From contig NIVC01001770.1 in assembly GCA_002269645.1 (NCBI GenBank), positions 31,277-95,276 on the forward strand: 64,000 nucleotides of DNA, given 5' to 3'. The notes under the pieces were generated by a model. The model worked only from the letters and a program-made list of their open reading frames with translations. It made no database searches and was not told where the DNA came from. Below, piece after piece: positions 39,321-52,300 of this stretch. Within the stretch, counting starts at the first letter, position 1; every line of letters begins with the position of its first letter. The translations under genes were made by a program, and so were the position numbers. Origin of the DNA: Macrostomum lignano (lineage: Eukaryota).

Positions 39321-40024
39321 CTTAGGGTAGATATGTCTTGAAAAGTTATATTTTTCTTATAATCTAAACGTTACCTCATAAAATTGAAATCCGGATTAAC
39401 TTCCCGAATTAATTAATATAAGTAGGTAGTAAAGTACATTTCCCAGAAAATGCTGAATTTAAAATTTTTAAGCGTAAAACAAGAGGTCATTCCAATTCAT
39501 TTAGCAGTTAATTTGAATTTGCTCGCCCACGCTCTTACTCACTGGCATTACTCATATTACCGAGTGCAGCGGTGTGTGAATTTACCTATCTCAATTGGAG
39601 CCCAGCCTAGCACCGGCCTTATACGATCGCGTAAGCTGTGATAGATAAGGTTTATCAATGGCCTTATACAACATATAATGTTAAAAACGGTGTCCAGCTG
39701 AAACAAGGCATAATAGCATTTTGTTATACTTATATACAATCTGGATAGATAAGATCTGACTAGAGAGAAGCTGTCAGATCAGGTGATTGAGCCGGCTTGC
39801 GTAAAACATTGTTTTAAACTAGATTCTGAAGTATTTTTCTAGTTTTTTTACAACAGTTAGTATTTTGCAGCTTTGTTCTCAGTAGTGTAAGTGTTGAGAT
39901 CTTATCACTTATCGAAGCCCCGTAAAATCAGATTGTGGTCCTCCGTGGCAACCAGTTTGGCAGTGAAATTAAAGTAGAAATACACCTTTCTTGAGGTCAC
40001 AGGTACAGAGTATTTTCTGATGAT

Positions 40025-40710
40025 TCAGGAGGCGCCCCTGAAGCAGCAGGAGGGGAGAGTAGCGGCACCCCCTGAAGCATCAGGAGGGGAGAGTAGCGGC
40101 ACCCCCTGAAGCATCAGGAGGGGAGAGTAGCGGCACTCCCTGAAGCATCAGGAGGGGAGAGTAGCGGCACTCCCTGAAGCATCAGGAGGGGAGAGTAGTG
40201 GCGCCCCACGAAGCATCAGGAGGGGAGAGAAGCAGCACTCCCTGAAGCATCAGGAGGGGAGAGTAGTGGCGCCCCACGAAGCATCAGGAGGGGAGAGTAG
40301 TGGCGCCCCACGAAGCAGCAGGAGGGGAGAGTAGCGGCACTCCCTGAAGCATCAGGAGGGGAGAGTAGCGGCACTCCCTGAAGCATCAGGAGGGGAGAGT
40401 AGCGGCACTCCCTGCAGCATCAGGAGGGGAGAGTAGCGGCACCCCCTGAAGCATCAGGAGGGGAGAGAAGCAGCACTCCCTGAAGCATCAGGAGGGGAGA
40501 GTAGTGGCGCCCCACGAAGCATCAGGAGGGGAGAGTAGCGGCACTCCCTGAAGCATCAGGAGGGGAGAGTAGCGGCACCCCCTGAAGCATCAGGAGGGGA
40601 GAGTAGCGGCACTCCCTGAAGCATCAGGAGGGGAGAGTAGCGGCACCCCCTGAAGCATCAGGAGGGGAGAGTAGCGGCACCCCCTGAAGCATCAGGAGGG
40701 GAGAGTAGCT
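40025..40710. repeat. Minisatellite, 34-bp unit tgaagcatcaggaggggagagtagcggcaccccc
   Basis: Direct tandem copies. Confidence 0.95.
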
Positions 40711-41073
40711 CCGTTGTGAATAGCACATTCTAAATGGCATCAATTTCTAGATTCAGACTATAAAAATAATAATCTATCAGGGCTGCAACGCGTGGCTAGA
40801 ATTGCTTCTCATTAATAAATGATTAGCATGAATGCGCCGCCACTCAGTTGTATCTAGGCATAGGCCAGGCGCAGGCCTCACGCCAGGCCATTATAAGTCT
40901 CGTCCAATGGCTGCGCCGGTCCATGCCCTCCTTTCACGGGCAGCAGTTATATAAATCGCATTAGTAGAAAGCACTGGATACTGTCTGTTTTTTTAAACAA
41001 AACGTAATCTTCAGCCTCTAATATTAGGCAGAACTATTTCCATGCCTGACAACTCTGTCGTATTGACTCTGCA

Positions 41074-44000
41074 ATGACTTCAGGTCGGGTTTATCAATCA
41101 CCGAACGGCGGCTGGGGCTGGGTCGTGGTGGCGTCGGCCTTCTGCGTGCATCTGGTCATCGATGGCATCACGTACGCGTTCGGCGTGCTGACCGCCGAGC
41201 TGGTGGAGGAGCTGAACACCTCCAGACAGCTGGCGGGCTGGATCAACTCTATCATGGTGGGCATCACCCTGGGCGCCGGGCCGGTGGCCAGCGTAGCCAG
41301 CACCAAATTTGGCAACCGGCCAGTCGCCATGACGGGAGCCGTGATTGGCAGCATCGGGTTCGCGGTGTCCTACTTTGCCACCGAGGCCTGGATGCTGGTG
41401 ATTACCATTGGCTGCTTGGTTGGTGAGTTGGTGCTCAGGCTGTCTGTCTAATGCTAGCGTGTCTGTGTCTAATGCTAGCGTGTCTGTCTCTAATGCTAGC
41501 GTGTCTGTGTCTAATGCTAGCGTGTCTGTCTCTAATGCTAGCGTGTCTGTGTCTAATGCTAGCGTGTCTGTCTCTAATGCTAGCGTGTCTGTGTCTAATG
41601 CTAGCGTGTCTGTGTCTAATGCTAGCGTGTCTGTGTCTAATGCTAGCGTGTCTGTGTCTAATGCTAGCGTGTCTGTGTCTGTCGGGCTTGTCGGGCTGGC
41701 ATTGTTAGTGTGATTACAATTTCTAACGATAATTACGTAACCTCTCACCGCTGCAGGACTCGGCATGAGCCTCATCTACTTGCCAACGATTGTCACTGTG
41801 GGCATCTATTTCACGACGCTGCGCTCTACGGCCATTGGCATCGCCGTCTGTGGCTCGGGTTTCGGTGAGTGAGGAGTGAAGAGGTGGGTGCAGAGTGAGG
41901 TGGTTGCGGAGTGAGGTGGGTGCAGAGTGAGGTGGTTGCGGAGTGAGGTGGGTGCGAAGTGAGGTGGTTGCAGAGTGAGGTGGGTGCGAAGTGAGGTGGG
42001 TGCGGAGTGAGGTGGTTGCGGAGTGAGGTGGGTGCGGAGCGAGGTGGGTGCGGAGTGACATGGGTGCGGAGTGAGGTGGTTGCGGAGTGAGGTGGGTGCG
42101 GAGTGAGGTGGGTGCGGAGAGAGGTGGTTGCAGAGTGAGGTGGGTGCGGAGTGAGTTGGCGAGCCCACTTTTACACCCCTCCCATTCCTATCCCGTCCCG
42201 CAGGCACGTTCATCTTCAGCCCGATCATCAGCTTATTGATCGAGACGTACACCTGGCGTGGCGCTATGCTGATTCTGTCCGCCATCCTGCTGCACTGCGC
42301 CGTATTCGGCTCGATGTTCCGGCCGCTGCCGCTCCTGGAACTGCCACTGCGTAAGCCGTCAACAGTGGCCAGCGAAGAGGCAGCCGACGTCGCTAAGAAG
42401 GCCGACAACGGCGACCTCAAGACGGAGGTCCCGCCGCACGCCAATGACGGCAAGACGGGAGATTCCAGGCGCGAGCTGCAGAAGCTGCTGGATCGGCATG
42501 ATGAGATGGAGCTCGTGCTGAACCCCGGTGGGCACGGCAGGCGGCCTGGTCGAGGAATGCGCGCCATCCGAGGGGGCGGCGGCGGCGGCAAGTCAGGCGG
42601 CTACGGCGACTTTCTGTCCATGCAGGACATGTCCCAGCGGCAGCGGATGGTGCCCCGCTCCGGCAGCATCGACCTGGAGGAGCAGCCAAAGATGGCGGCG
42701 GGGACGGCGCAGGGAATCCAGCTGACCCACGTGACCCGGCCGGTGCACTTCATCCGCAGCATCACCAGCATTGCGACGCTGCGCGACGAGGAGACGGGCG
42801 AGACGGCGACAGCGGTAAAAGCCGACGCTGAAGGCAGGTCGCTGCGCGAGATGATCCGCGAGGAGCTGGCCGGCCTGATGAACCTGTCGCTGCTGCGCGA
42901 CATCTCCTTCGTGATGTTCCTCATCTCCAACCTGCTGGGCAGCATCGGGTTCAACGCCCCGTTTCTGTTCGTGCCCGACCGCGCCCAGCAGGCCGGCATC
43001 TCGAAGACGCTCAGCTCCCTGTTGGTGTCCGTCATCGGCATCTCCAACATGGTCGGTCGGGTGACCTTCGGCTTTCTGTCCGATAGGAAATGGGTGAACA
43101 AGCTGATGCTGTACAACTCGGCGCTGACCATCGCTGGCACCGTGCTGGTGTTCAGCTTCCTGACCGACGCCTACTGGTTTATGGCCACCTACTGCGCTTT
43201 GTTCGGCGTCTTTATTGGTGCGTTGGGGTGCCTGGGGCGGAGCAGCTCAGCGGTGCCGCGACCTCTGGTTCGATTCCGTGCGCTACCATGAGTGTCAGCC
43301 CCCAAGGCACAGAGATTGTACATGCCTGACGATTAGACAGTCAGGGCCGCTGTACACCCTGTGTGAGCGTGTGTGTGAGTGCTGTGCCTGCGTACAGCAT
43401 TGGCGCGCTTGTATGCTGCTGATGTTGCATCGAAGCATTTCAGAATGGGTATTCCAGTTAAGACAGCTCTTGAATGACCAAGAAGAAGAGCTTAGAGAAT
43501 GAGCTTTTCCCTGGTAATCCCATAAAGATCGAGGGCTTGAGGCTGCAGATTCATCTCTGCACTAACCACGGCAAATTTTGCTTAACTTTGCAGATTGCCA
43601 GCATAAAAATCAAGTGATTTAATTATCAAAACAATCCAGACCGCTGCACGAACAGAATGAACCTGCAGTACTGATTTTAATCTTTAACGAACCCAATCTT
43701 TGGTCAGTGAACCGTAGATGCAACAACAAAATAAAAACTTTTGTTTACATTAACAAATGCCGTAGCCTACCTTTCGCAAACCAATAACAACTGCAGTTAA
43801 CGGACGTAACAAACACTACAGTGGGTGTATCATACCCAGTGGTCCAGCGCGGCGCTCTGGTGTGCCAGCGTCCCAGGCTCGATTCCAAGTGCAGTCATAT
43901 TAAATTGTGGCTAAGTTGGAATCTCGGCTTGGCTCTGCTCGTGCAATTAATGGCCTTGAGGGCCAACCCCCAAGGCACAGTGAAGTGTACATGACTAACG

Positions 44001-45294
44001 ATAAAAAAGTTAGGACCGCTGTACACTCCTATGAGGTGTGTGCCTACTCAGGGGAGTTGGCGGAATGGGCAGTAACGCCTCTCGCCGGTTTTGTGACAAT
44101 GTCCTTTCGCGCCAGGGTTCACGCAGCCCTCTGCCTCTAAAAGAATAAAAAAACACTTTAAGGTTACCAAAAATTCTTTAAAAGCCCAATTTTCACTTTA
44201 GAATGCGATGATGTGATAGAGCTTTTCTAATCTCTTTAAATGCACCATTTCTAAACGATATCAACTTTAACTTCTCCAACCGCAGGCACTTACGTCACTC
44301 TGACATCACCCGTGCTGGTGGATTTGCTCGGCTTGGAGAAGTTGAGCGACTCGTTCGGACTAACGCTGCTGTTCCAGGGCATCGGGGTGCTTGTCGGCCC
44401 GCCAATTGCTGGCAAGTTTAATGATGCCTCGGCTTGCTTCTGCTTGCTTTTGCTTGCTTCTGCTTGCTTTTGCTTGCTTCTGCTTGCTTCTGCTTGCTTC
44501 TGCTTGCTTCTGCTTGCTTCTGCTTGCTTCTGCTTGCTTCTGCTTGCTTCTGCTTGCTTCTGCTTGCTTCTGCTTGCTTCTGCTTGCTTCTGCTTGCTTC
44601 TGCTTGCTTCTGCTTGCTTCTGCTTGCTTCTGCTTGCTTCTGCTTGCTTCTGCTTGCTTCTGCTTGCTTCTGCTTGCTTCTGCTTGCTTCTGCTTGCTTC
44701 TGCTTGCTTCTGCTTGCTTCTGCTTGCTTCTGCTTGCTTCTGCTTGCTTCTGCTTGCTTCTGCTTGCTTCTGCTTGCTTCTGCTTGCTTCTGCTTGCTTC
44801 TGCTTGCTTCTGCTTGCTTCTGCTTGCTTCTGCTTGCTTCTGCTTGCTTCTGCTTGCTTCTGCTTGCTTCTGCTTGCTTCTGCTTGCTTCTGCTTGCTTC
44901 TGCTTGCTTCTGCTTGCTTCTGCTTGCTTCTGCTTGCTTCTGCTTGCTTCTGCTTGCTTCTGCTTGCTTCTGCTTGCTTCTGCTTGCTTCTGCTTGCTTC
45001 TGCTTGCTTCTGCTTGCTTCTGCTTGCTTCTGCTTGCTTCTGCTTGCTTCTGCTTGCTTCTGCTTGCTTCTGCTTGCTTGCTGAATGAGAAAACATTTTA
45101 ATAACAGAAAAACACATTCACTGACAACACTCGCAGGTTTCCTATTCGATTCGACTTTGTCATTCGACATTCCGTTCATCGTGTGCGGCGTCTGCGTCCT
45201 CGTCAGCGGCCTGATGCTGTACCCGGTGCCCTGCGTGCTGCGCTGGCAGTATCCGGCAGGCAAGGAAAGGCGCAACACCATGGAGATGCAGTGA
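41074..45294 (+). CDS. Monocarboxylate transporter family (SLC16/MCT) MFS protein, 5 exons
   Basis: Exons 41074-41422, 41757-41864, 42204-43217, 44286-44411 (GC donor), 45137-45294. MCT motifs: PNGGWGWVVV, YFTTLRSTAIGIAVCGSGFG, YTWRGAMLI, NMVGRVTFGFLSDR, GPPIAG|FLFD. Confidence 0.95.
41440..41682. repeat. Minisatellite, 21-bp unit aatgctagcgtgtctgtgtct (MCT intron 1)
   Basis: Direct tandem copies. Confidence 0.95.
41868..42155. repeat. Minisatellite, 16-bp unit gagtgaggtgggtgcg (MCT intron 2)
   Basis: Direct tandem copies starting at the donor GTGAGTGAGG. Confidence 0.93.
43236..43395 (+). mobile_element. tRNA-headed SINE-like element, family 2, copy A (MCT intron 3)
   Basis: A-box-like AGCAGCTCAGCGGT and B-box GGTTCGATTCC, then a ~90-bp domain homologous to 43965-44045. 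Confidence 0.55.
43830..44153 (+). mobile_element. tRNA-headed SINE-like element, family 2, copy B (MCT intron 3)
   Basis: B-box-like GGCTCGATTCC, the shared ccccaaggcacag...tgtacatg...ccgctgtaca domain, a 3' hairpin aggg..ccct and an A-rich tail. Confidence 0.6.
44430..45080. repeat. Near-perfect (TGCTTGCTTC)n, ~64 copies (MCT intron 4)
   Basis: Directly visible; fills almost the entire intron. Confidence 0.98.
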
Positions 45295-45514
45295 CTAATT
45301 ACACTGTAGCGAGTTTATAGGCCAATTACTATGCGTAGTATATTAAATGCGTACGAGTATATGATTGCGGTTTAAAGAAACCTTGCCAAATTTGCACTTT
45401 TGACAGATTGCAAATATAGTATGAAGTTTCACTGCAAATTGAAAAATGTAAAGTTTGCACCGACTATGTGTTAATGCAGTATCATAAATATTGATTCAAT
45501 AACAGGAGCGAAAG

Positions 45515-46200
45515 ACCAAACTTCAGGAGTGGAATACCAAACTTCAGGGGTGGAATACCAAACTTCAGGGGTGGAATACCAAACTTCAGGAGTGGAATAC
45601 CAAACTTCAGGGGTGGAATACCAAACTTCAGGGGTGGAATACCAAACTTCAGGAGTGGAATACCAAACTTCAGGAGTGGAATACCAAACTTCAGGGGTGG
45701 AATACCAAACTTCAGGGGTGGAATACCAAACTTCAGGGGTGGAATACCAAACTTCAGGGGTGGAATACCAAACTTCAGGGGTGGAATACCAAACTTCAGG
45801 AGTTGAATACCAAACTTCAGGAGTTGAATACCAAACTTCAGGAGTGAAAGACCAACCTTCAGGGGCGGAGAATCAAACTTCAGGAGTGAAAGACCAACCT
45901 TCAGGGGCGGAGAATCAAACGTCAGGAGTGAAAGACCAACCTTCAGGGGCGGAGAATCAAACTTCAGGAGTGAAAGACCAACCTTCAGGGGCGGAGAATC
46001 AAACGTCAGGAGTGAAAGACCAACCTTCAGGGGCGGAGAATCAAACTTCAGGAGTGAAAGACCAACCTTCAGGGGCGGAGAATCAAACTTCAGGAGTGGA
46101 AGACCAACCTTCAGGGGCGGAGAACCAAACTTCAGGAGTGAAAGACCAACCTTCAGGGGCAGAAGACAAAGCTACAGTGGTGCAGAATCAAACTTCAGGG
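45515..46200. repeat. Minisatellite, 21-bp caaacttcaggggtggaatac switching to a 42-bp dimer
   Basis: Direct tandem copies; switch at ~45840. Confidence 0.95.
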
Positions 46201-46879
46201 TTGGGATATTCTAATAGACTGAATCGATTTTACAGTTCAGTTATTTTAGGTTTTTATTTGCATTTTGTTTCTTAAAAGCACATCGAGGCCTCGAATAGTA
46301 GAAATTCTGCACAGAGCATTGAATTAAATATTTTACTATTAATTACAATTGAGTTGACTCGATATCTATACTACTGGTACAAAAGTGGCACTGTTTACAT
46401 ACCTAACGATTTACAACTAACTTTGAACAATGTAAGAGATACGAATCGGGGTTATAAAGTAATAAAGTGTTGAATTAGGACTAGCGGACGCTTATTGGGG
46501 GTGTGGCATTGCGACTTCGACCCCTGGGCGGCCTCTGATTTTTGAGCTTCAGATTTGAAAAAGAACAACATGCAGCAACTGAAGTGACTTTTTTACATTT
46601 TGTAGCTATCTTTATTTTCCCGTACACAGATAGCAGGTAGCCAGCAGTCTATTGCAGTGACTGGAGGGTGGTGAAGCCAAATACACTATCAGCCATGGTA
46701 TACAAACACTTTGCGTCACAATTCAGTGCAACGGTGTGAAACTTTGCTCTTAAAAAATTATTGCATGTTATTTCGTCAGATGAGAAACTCTCTGATCTGA
46801 CCTTCACCTAATAAAAGTGAATGGTATTCACATGTAATGGTGATGATGAATGGGTAGGTACATGTAGTTAGGATCATAG

Positions 46880-47700
46880 AGACTGGAGAGAAGGGTCATA
46901 AAGAGAGTGAGGGTCATGAGAATCAGGTCATTGGGAGGGTAAAGGTCATGAAGGGAAAGGGAGGGGAGAGAATGGGGAGAGGGGAGAGAAGGGAGAGTGG
47001 GAAGGATCACTAGAGAGAGGGTCATTAAGAGATTGAGAGTCATGGGGAGGGAGGGTCATAGGGAGAGAGGGTCTTGGGGGAGAGGGTCATGGGTAGAAAG
47101 GGTCATGGGGATGGGGGTCATAAGGAAAAGAGGTCATGGGGACAGAGGGTTATAGGGAGAAGGGTCATGGGGGAGAGAGGGTCATGGGGAGAGAGAGAGT
47201 AATGGGTAGGTGGGTCATAGGAAGAGAGTATCATAGGGAGAGAGGGTCATGGGGAGAGATGGTTATCTGGAGAGAGGGTAATGCAGAGAGTGTATCATAG
47301 GAAGAGAGGGTCATAGGGAAAGAGCTGGGTCATAGGGAGAAGGGGTCATGGAGAGAGGGTCATGGGGAGAATGAGGGTCTTGATGAAGGGGAGTGAGGAT
47401 CCTGGGAGAGAGAGGGTTATGGGGGAGAGAGGGTCATGGGGGAGAGAGGGTCATGGGGAGAGAGTGTCATGGGGGAGAAAGGGGCATGGGGGAGAGAGGA
47501 TCATGGGGGAGAGGGTCATGGGGAGAGAGGGTCATGGGGGAGAGAGGGTCATGAGGGAGAGAGGATCCTGGGGGACAGAGGGTCATGGGGAGATCGTGAG
47601 AGTCTTGAAGGTGAGTGAAGATCATAGAAGGGAGTGAGGGTCATTGGGAGAGTGAAGAAGTGAAAGTGAGAATGGGGAGAGGTTCCCCATGGGGAAAGTG
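46880..47700. repeat. Degenerate purine-rich array (gggtcatgggggagaga)
   Basis: Directly visible. Confidence 0.85.
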
Positions 47701-48404
47701 AGAATGGGGAGATTCCTACATTACATTACTTGTTAGCAACACTGGTAATCTTGTGCCACACGTGAAACAGCCGTGCAGATCAGAATTGCATTGGAATAAT
47801 ACAATAGTGGAAAAATGAATGACCGCGAAATCAGTATGATATATAAAATTTGAAACTTTGACCTCTAGACGGCTCACCGCTTGTGTGACCTCCGCCCTCT
47901 AGTAGGCCTGTTATCTTCCAAGCCAAAACAGACGGACAGGTGCTTTAAGAGATTCTTAAAAAGCACAGCGCATCTATTAAACCTGTCAATCATCTCAGTC
48001 GAGACTCTCCAACAGTAAAACATAATTTTGTAGATGGTTGCAAAGAAATTAAAAGAAAAAATAGATGTATATGAGCACGTACTGCTGTACAGGTTGATTT
48101 TAGCCTATTAATGGCCTATTAATTTAGTGAAGCATGGTTCATTTTATTTAAAAGTTAATAAGCGTTAAAAGACGCACTAAGATTATTTTAGATTACGATT
48201 ATATATATTGATCAAAGCATAAAATTATAAATTAGCTGAACTTGCTACTATTAGTAACTTGCAACTAGTAAAACGATGACGTTTTTCTTAAATAAAACAA
48301 AAAAGCATGCGATATGAGTTAATAATTTTTTTGTTAAAACCGAGAAAGCAATTCTCCTGATTTGACCTGATTTCACAATGGAAGATACTACAAATGAAGG
48401 ATAC

Positions 48405-49268
48405 AGATCCCAGATACAGAATCCCAATTAAAGAATCCGAATTTAGATCCCAATTAAACTAAATCCCAGATCCCAATTAAACTAAATCCCAGATCCCAAT
48501 TAAACCAAATCCCAGATCCCAATTAAACTAAATCCCAGATCCCAATTAAACCAAATCCCAGATCCCGATTAAACCAAATCCCAGATCCCAATTAAACCAA
48601 AACCCAGATCCCGATTAAACCAAATCCCAGATCCCAATTAAACTAAATCCCAGATCCCAATTAAACCAAATCCCAGATCCCGATTAAACCAAATCCCAGA
48701 TCCCAATTAAACCAAATCCCAGATCCCGATTAAACCAAATCCCAGATCCCAATTAAACTAAATCCCAGATCCCGATTAAACCAAATCCCAGATCCCAATT
48801 AATCCAAATCCCGGATCCCAATTAAACCAAATCCCAGATCCCGAATAAACCAAATCCCAGATCCCAATTAAAGAATTCAAATCCCAGATCCCAATTAATC
48901 CAAATCCCGGATCCCAATTAAACCAAATCCCAGATCCCGAATAAACCAAATCCCAGATCCCAATTAAAGAATTCAAATCCCAGATCCCAATTAAACCAAA
49001 TCCCAGATCCCAATTAAACCAAATCTCAGATCCCAATTAAAGAATCCAAATCCCAGATCCCAATTAAAGAATCCAAATCCCGGATCCCAATTAAACCAAA
49101 TCCCAGATCGCGAATAGACCAAATCCCTGATCCCAATTAAAGAATCCAAATCCCAGATCCCAATTAAACCAAATCCCTGATCCCAATTAAACCAAATCCC
49201 AGATGCCAATTAAACCAAATCCCAGATCCCAAATCCCAAATTTTAAAGAATCCAAATCCCAGATCCCG
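48405..49268. repeat. Minisatellite, ~23-bp unit aaatcccagatcccaattaaacc
   Basis: Direct tandem copies starting ~100 bp beyond the innexin stop. Confidence 0.95.
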
Positions 49269-49367
49269 AATGAGCATGCCAACCCCAATAGATACACAAA
49301 GAGCACATTTCACCAGGACAGAGACCAATGTTGATCAATTAGAGTTGCACAAATGAATTCCGCAACA

Positions 49368-52300
49368 TCAAATCGAGGATCCAGACGCCAGTGACAGCTC
49401 CTCGTCGAAGCTTCCCAGCCTCTCGCGGTGCTTCCGCAGCCACAGGCGGTACAGGTGCAGAGTGACATCCCCGGTCACCAAGTCTCCCACATTCATCTGC
49501 ATCATCTTCAACAGGAAGACACCGTCGTGGCGCAGGAATCGATCAACGAATTCCCCGACCAGGCGTTTGTCGGCGAGGCCCTCCTGGCGCAGTTGCAGGT
49601 GCCGGCGAACGTAGCGGGACCGACCGCGGCAGCTGGCCACCCGGAGCAACCAGGCTGGGACTGACAGGGCAGTGATAAGCAGGCCTATCGCCATCCAGAA
49701 CCACAGGAATATGTAGATCTTCTCATTCAGCATGTTCACCGGCAGCGCGCACTGGGCGATGTACCTCTGCGTTCCGCCTGGATTGCAATTATTGTGAGGG
49801 GGATTTTCCTTTGCAGCCGGGTTTCAGGGCAATGAGCACGAACTGGCTACCTGTTAGCTCGCTAGATGAGGTGCCTCTCCAGTCCCTAGATGAGCTGCCT
49901 CTCCAGTCCCTAGATGAGCTGCTTCTTCAGTCCCTAGATGAGCTGCCTCTCCAGTCCCTAGATGAGCTGCTTCTTCAGTCCCTAGATGAGCTGCCTCTCC
50001 AGTCCCTAGATGAGCTGCCTCTCCAGTCCCTAGATGAGCTGCTTCTTCAGTCCCTAGATGAGCTGCCTCTCCAGTCCCTAGATGAGCTGCCTCTCCAGTC
50101 CCTAGATGAGCTGCCTCTCCAGTCCCTAGATGAGCTGCCTCTCCAGTCCCTAGATGAGCTGCTTCTTCAGTCCCTAGATGAGCTGTCTCTCCAGTCCCTA
50201 GATGAGCTGTCTCTCCAGTCCCTAGATGAGCTGCCTCTTCAGTCCATAGATGAGCTGTCTCTCCAGTCCCTAGATGAGCTGCCTCTCCAGTCCCTAGATG
50301 AGCTGTCACCCCTGACCCCCCGCCCCTAGATAAGCCCCTAACCCCCCAGCCCCTAGATCAACCCCCACCCCAGACCCCCAGCCCTAGACGAGCTCCCCAC
50401 TTCCAAGCTCCCATTGCTCACCAAAAATGGCAAACTCCGTCCTGCAGAAGGTGACCCTGGGAAACACCATGGTGGACCGCCAGTCCCTGCCCGCGGCAAT
50501 GTTAGACAGAATCTCAGCGCCATAGAGAACGCTGCTGTGGTTGCTAGCTCCCAGTCGCAGGAAAGTCTGCATCAGATAGAGCTGCCCAATCCCATTAGCC
50601 AGGTAGAGCAGTTTCACAAACAGGTAACCAGTTGTGAGTCCGGAGCTCAGACGCTTGCCCGCACCGAGTAGTTTGCTCAAAGCACCGCGACTCAGCTCGG
50701 ATCTGCGAGCGGGGTGGGTATTAGTTAATCCTCTCTTGTGCTCAATATAGATCCTCACTTGGGATCTGAGGAATCTGATGCTTAGTTACTCGTAATACTG
50801 GAATCCCTTATTTGGGATCTGGGGATTCTGATGCTTAGTTAATAATGGAATCCCCATTTGGGATCTGGGATTTCTGATGCTTAGTTAGTACTGAAATCCC
50901 CATTTGGGATCTGGGGAATCTGATGCTTAGTTAATACTGGAATCCCTATTTGCGGAAATCCTAGAATTCTTAATTCGTATTTAATGCTGCAATCACATAC
51001 ACAGACACGTGTGCACTGACCATTTTTTACTTTTTCATTGTGCGATAAATATGCAGTAAACTGCACAGCCTACTAACAGTAGCAAACAAAGCGCCCGCGC
51101 ACCTTTTAGCCAGCAGCAGCAGCTGTTCCAGGTCAACGGCAGTCTGATACACGATTTTCTCGCGGTCCTCCCCATCGGAGGTGCCGGCCTCGGCGGCGCG
51201 CGCCACCAGCACCTGACTATCGGCGCCGGAGCGCCGGCTAGCGAGGGCGAGCCAGACAATACGGGGCAGGTAAAACAGCATCGTCTGCAGGCCAAGGATG
51301 AACGGCACCCACTGGTAGTACACTGCGGCGGAGAGAGACAGACGATTTGAAACTGCTTAATTCATATCAGTCAGGCCTACTTGGTGATAATCATAATTGT
51401 AGCAGGGCTTGCGGCTTATGCCTTCAGCGACATCGCCTCACAACCAGCGCTGACGGCAACTCTGCGCATCCCGCTGACTCGCCAATACTGTACACAGGCC
51501 CGCACTATGGTCGGCAAGTATGTCTGAACACGGCTTTTGAGTCACAGCGTGTGTCAGTCACATAAAATTTAATTCTAGCATCCTTAAAAGCCAAGCTGCT
51601 CGCTCATGAATTAAAACACGGCTCGTCGTCCGAGCATAAAAGTCACGTGTTTGATAAACTCTTCACAGTCTGCCCTGGTAGATATCGTTAGGTTATTACG
51701 CAATAAGCTGAAAGCAACAGTTACAGATCTGGCAGGTGAAAGCAACTCCCCCCCTGGAGTGCCATCATGTCATTCTATTTCTAAACTTGTTTATGCGAAC
51801 AAAATTCTAAACTAATTAGTTGACTGCTGCTTAATTTATAGAAATTCTCATTCATTTAAAAAATGATTTATGAGTTAGTACCTTAGGTGTTCGAGTATAA
51901 TTTGGGTATTAAGAAAGGTATTTAATAGGTGTTTGACCCAGACGAGTGTGGGGTCATTGACACTTGATGCCTGACTGTTCATTAACCTAGATTATTGTAT
52001 GATTTAACATTAGCCTAGGTGATTGATTGGTCATTAGCCCAAGTGTTTGATTGGTCATTAGCCCAGGTGTATGATTGGTCATTAGCCCAGGTGTTTGATT
52101 AGTCATCAGCCCAGGTGTATGATTCGTCATTAGCCCAGGTGTTTGATTGGTCATTAGTTCAGGTGTTTGATTGGTCATTAGCCCAGGTGTATGATTGGTC
52201 AATAGCCCAGGTGTATGATTGGTCATTAGCCCAGGTGTATGATTGGTCATTAGCCCAGGTTTTTGATCGGTCATTAGCCCAGGGGTTTGATTGGTCATTA

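Noticed and set aside
44290-45281. Hydrophobic or Lys/Gln-rich ORFs (CFCLLLLASA, SRSKQKQAEA)
   Set aside because: Translations of the intronic 10-bp repeat; the MCT motif continuity shows it is spliced out.
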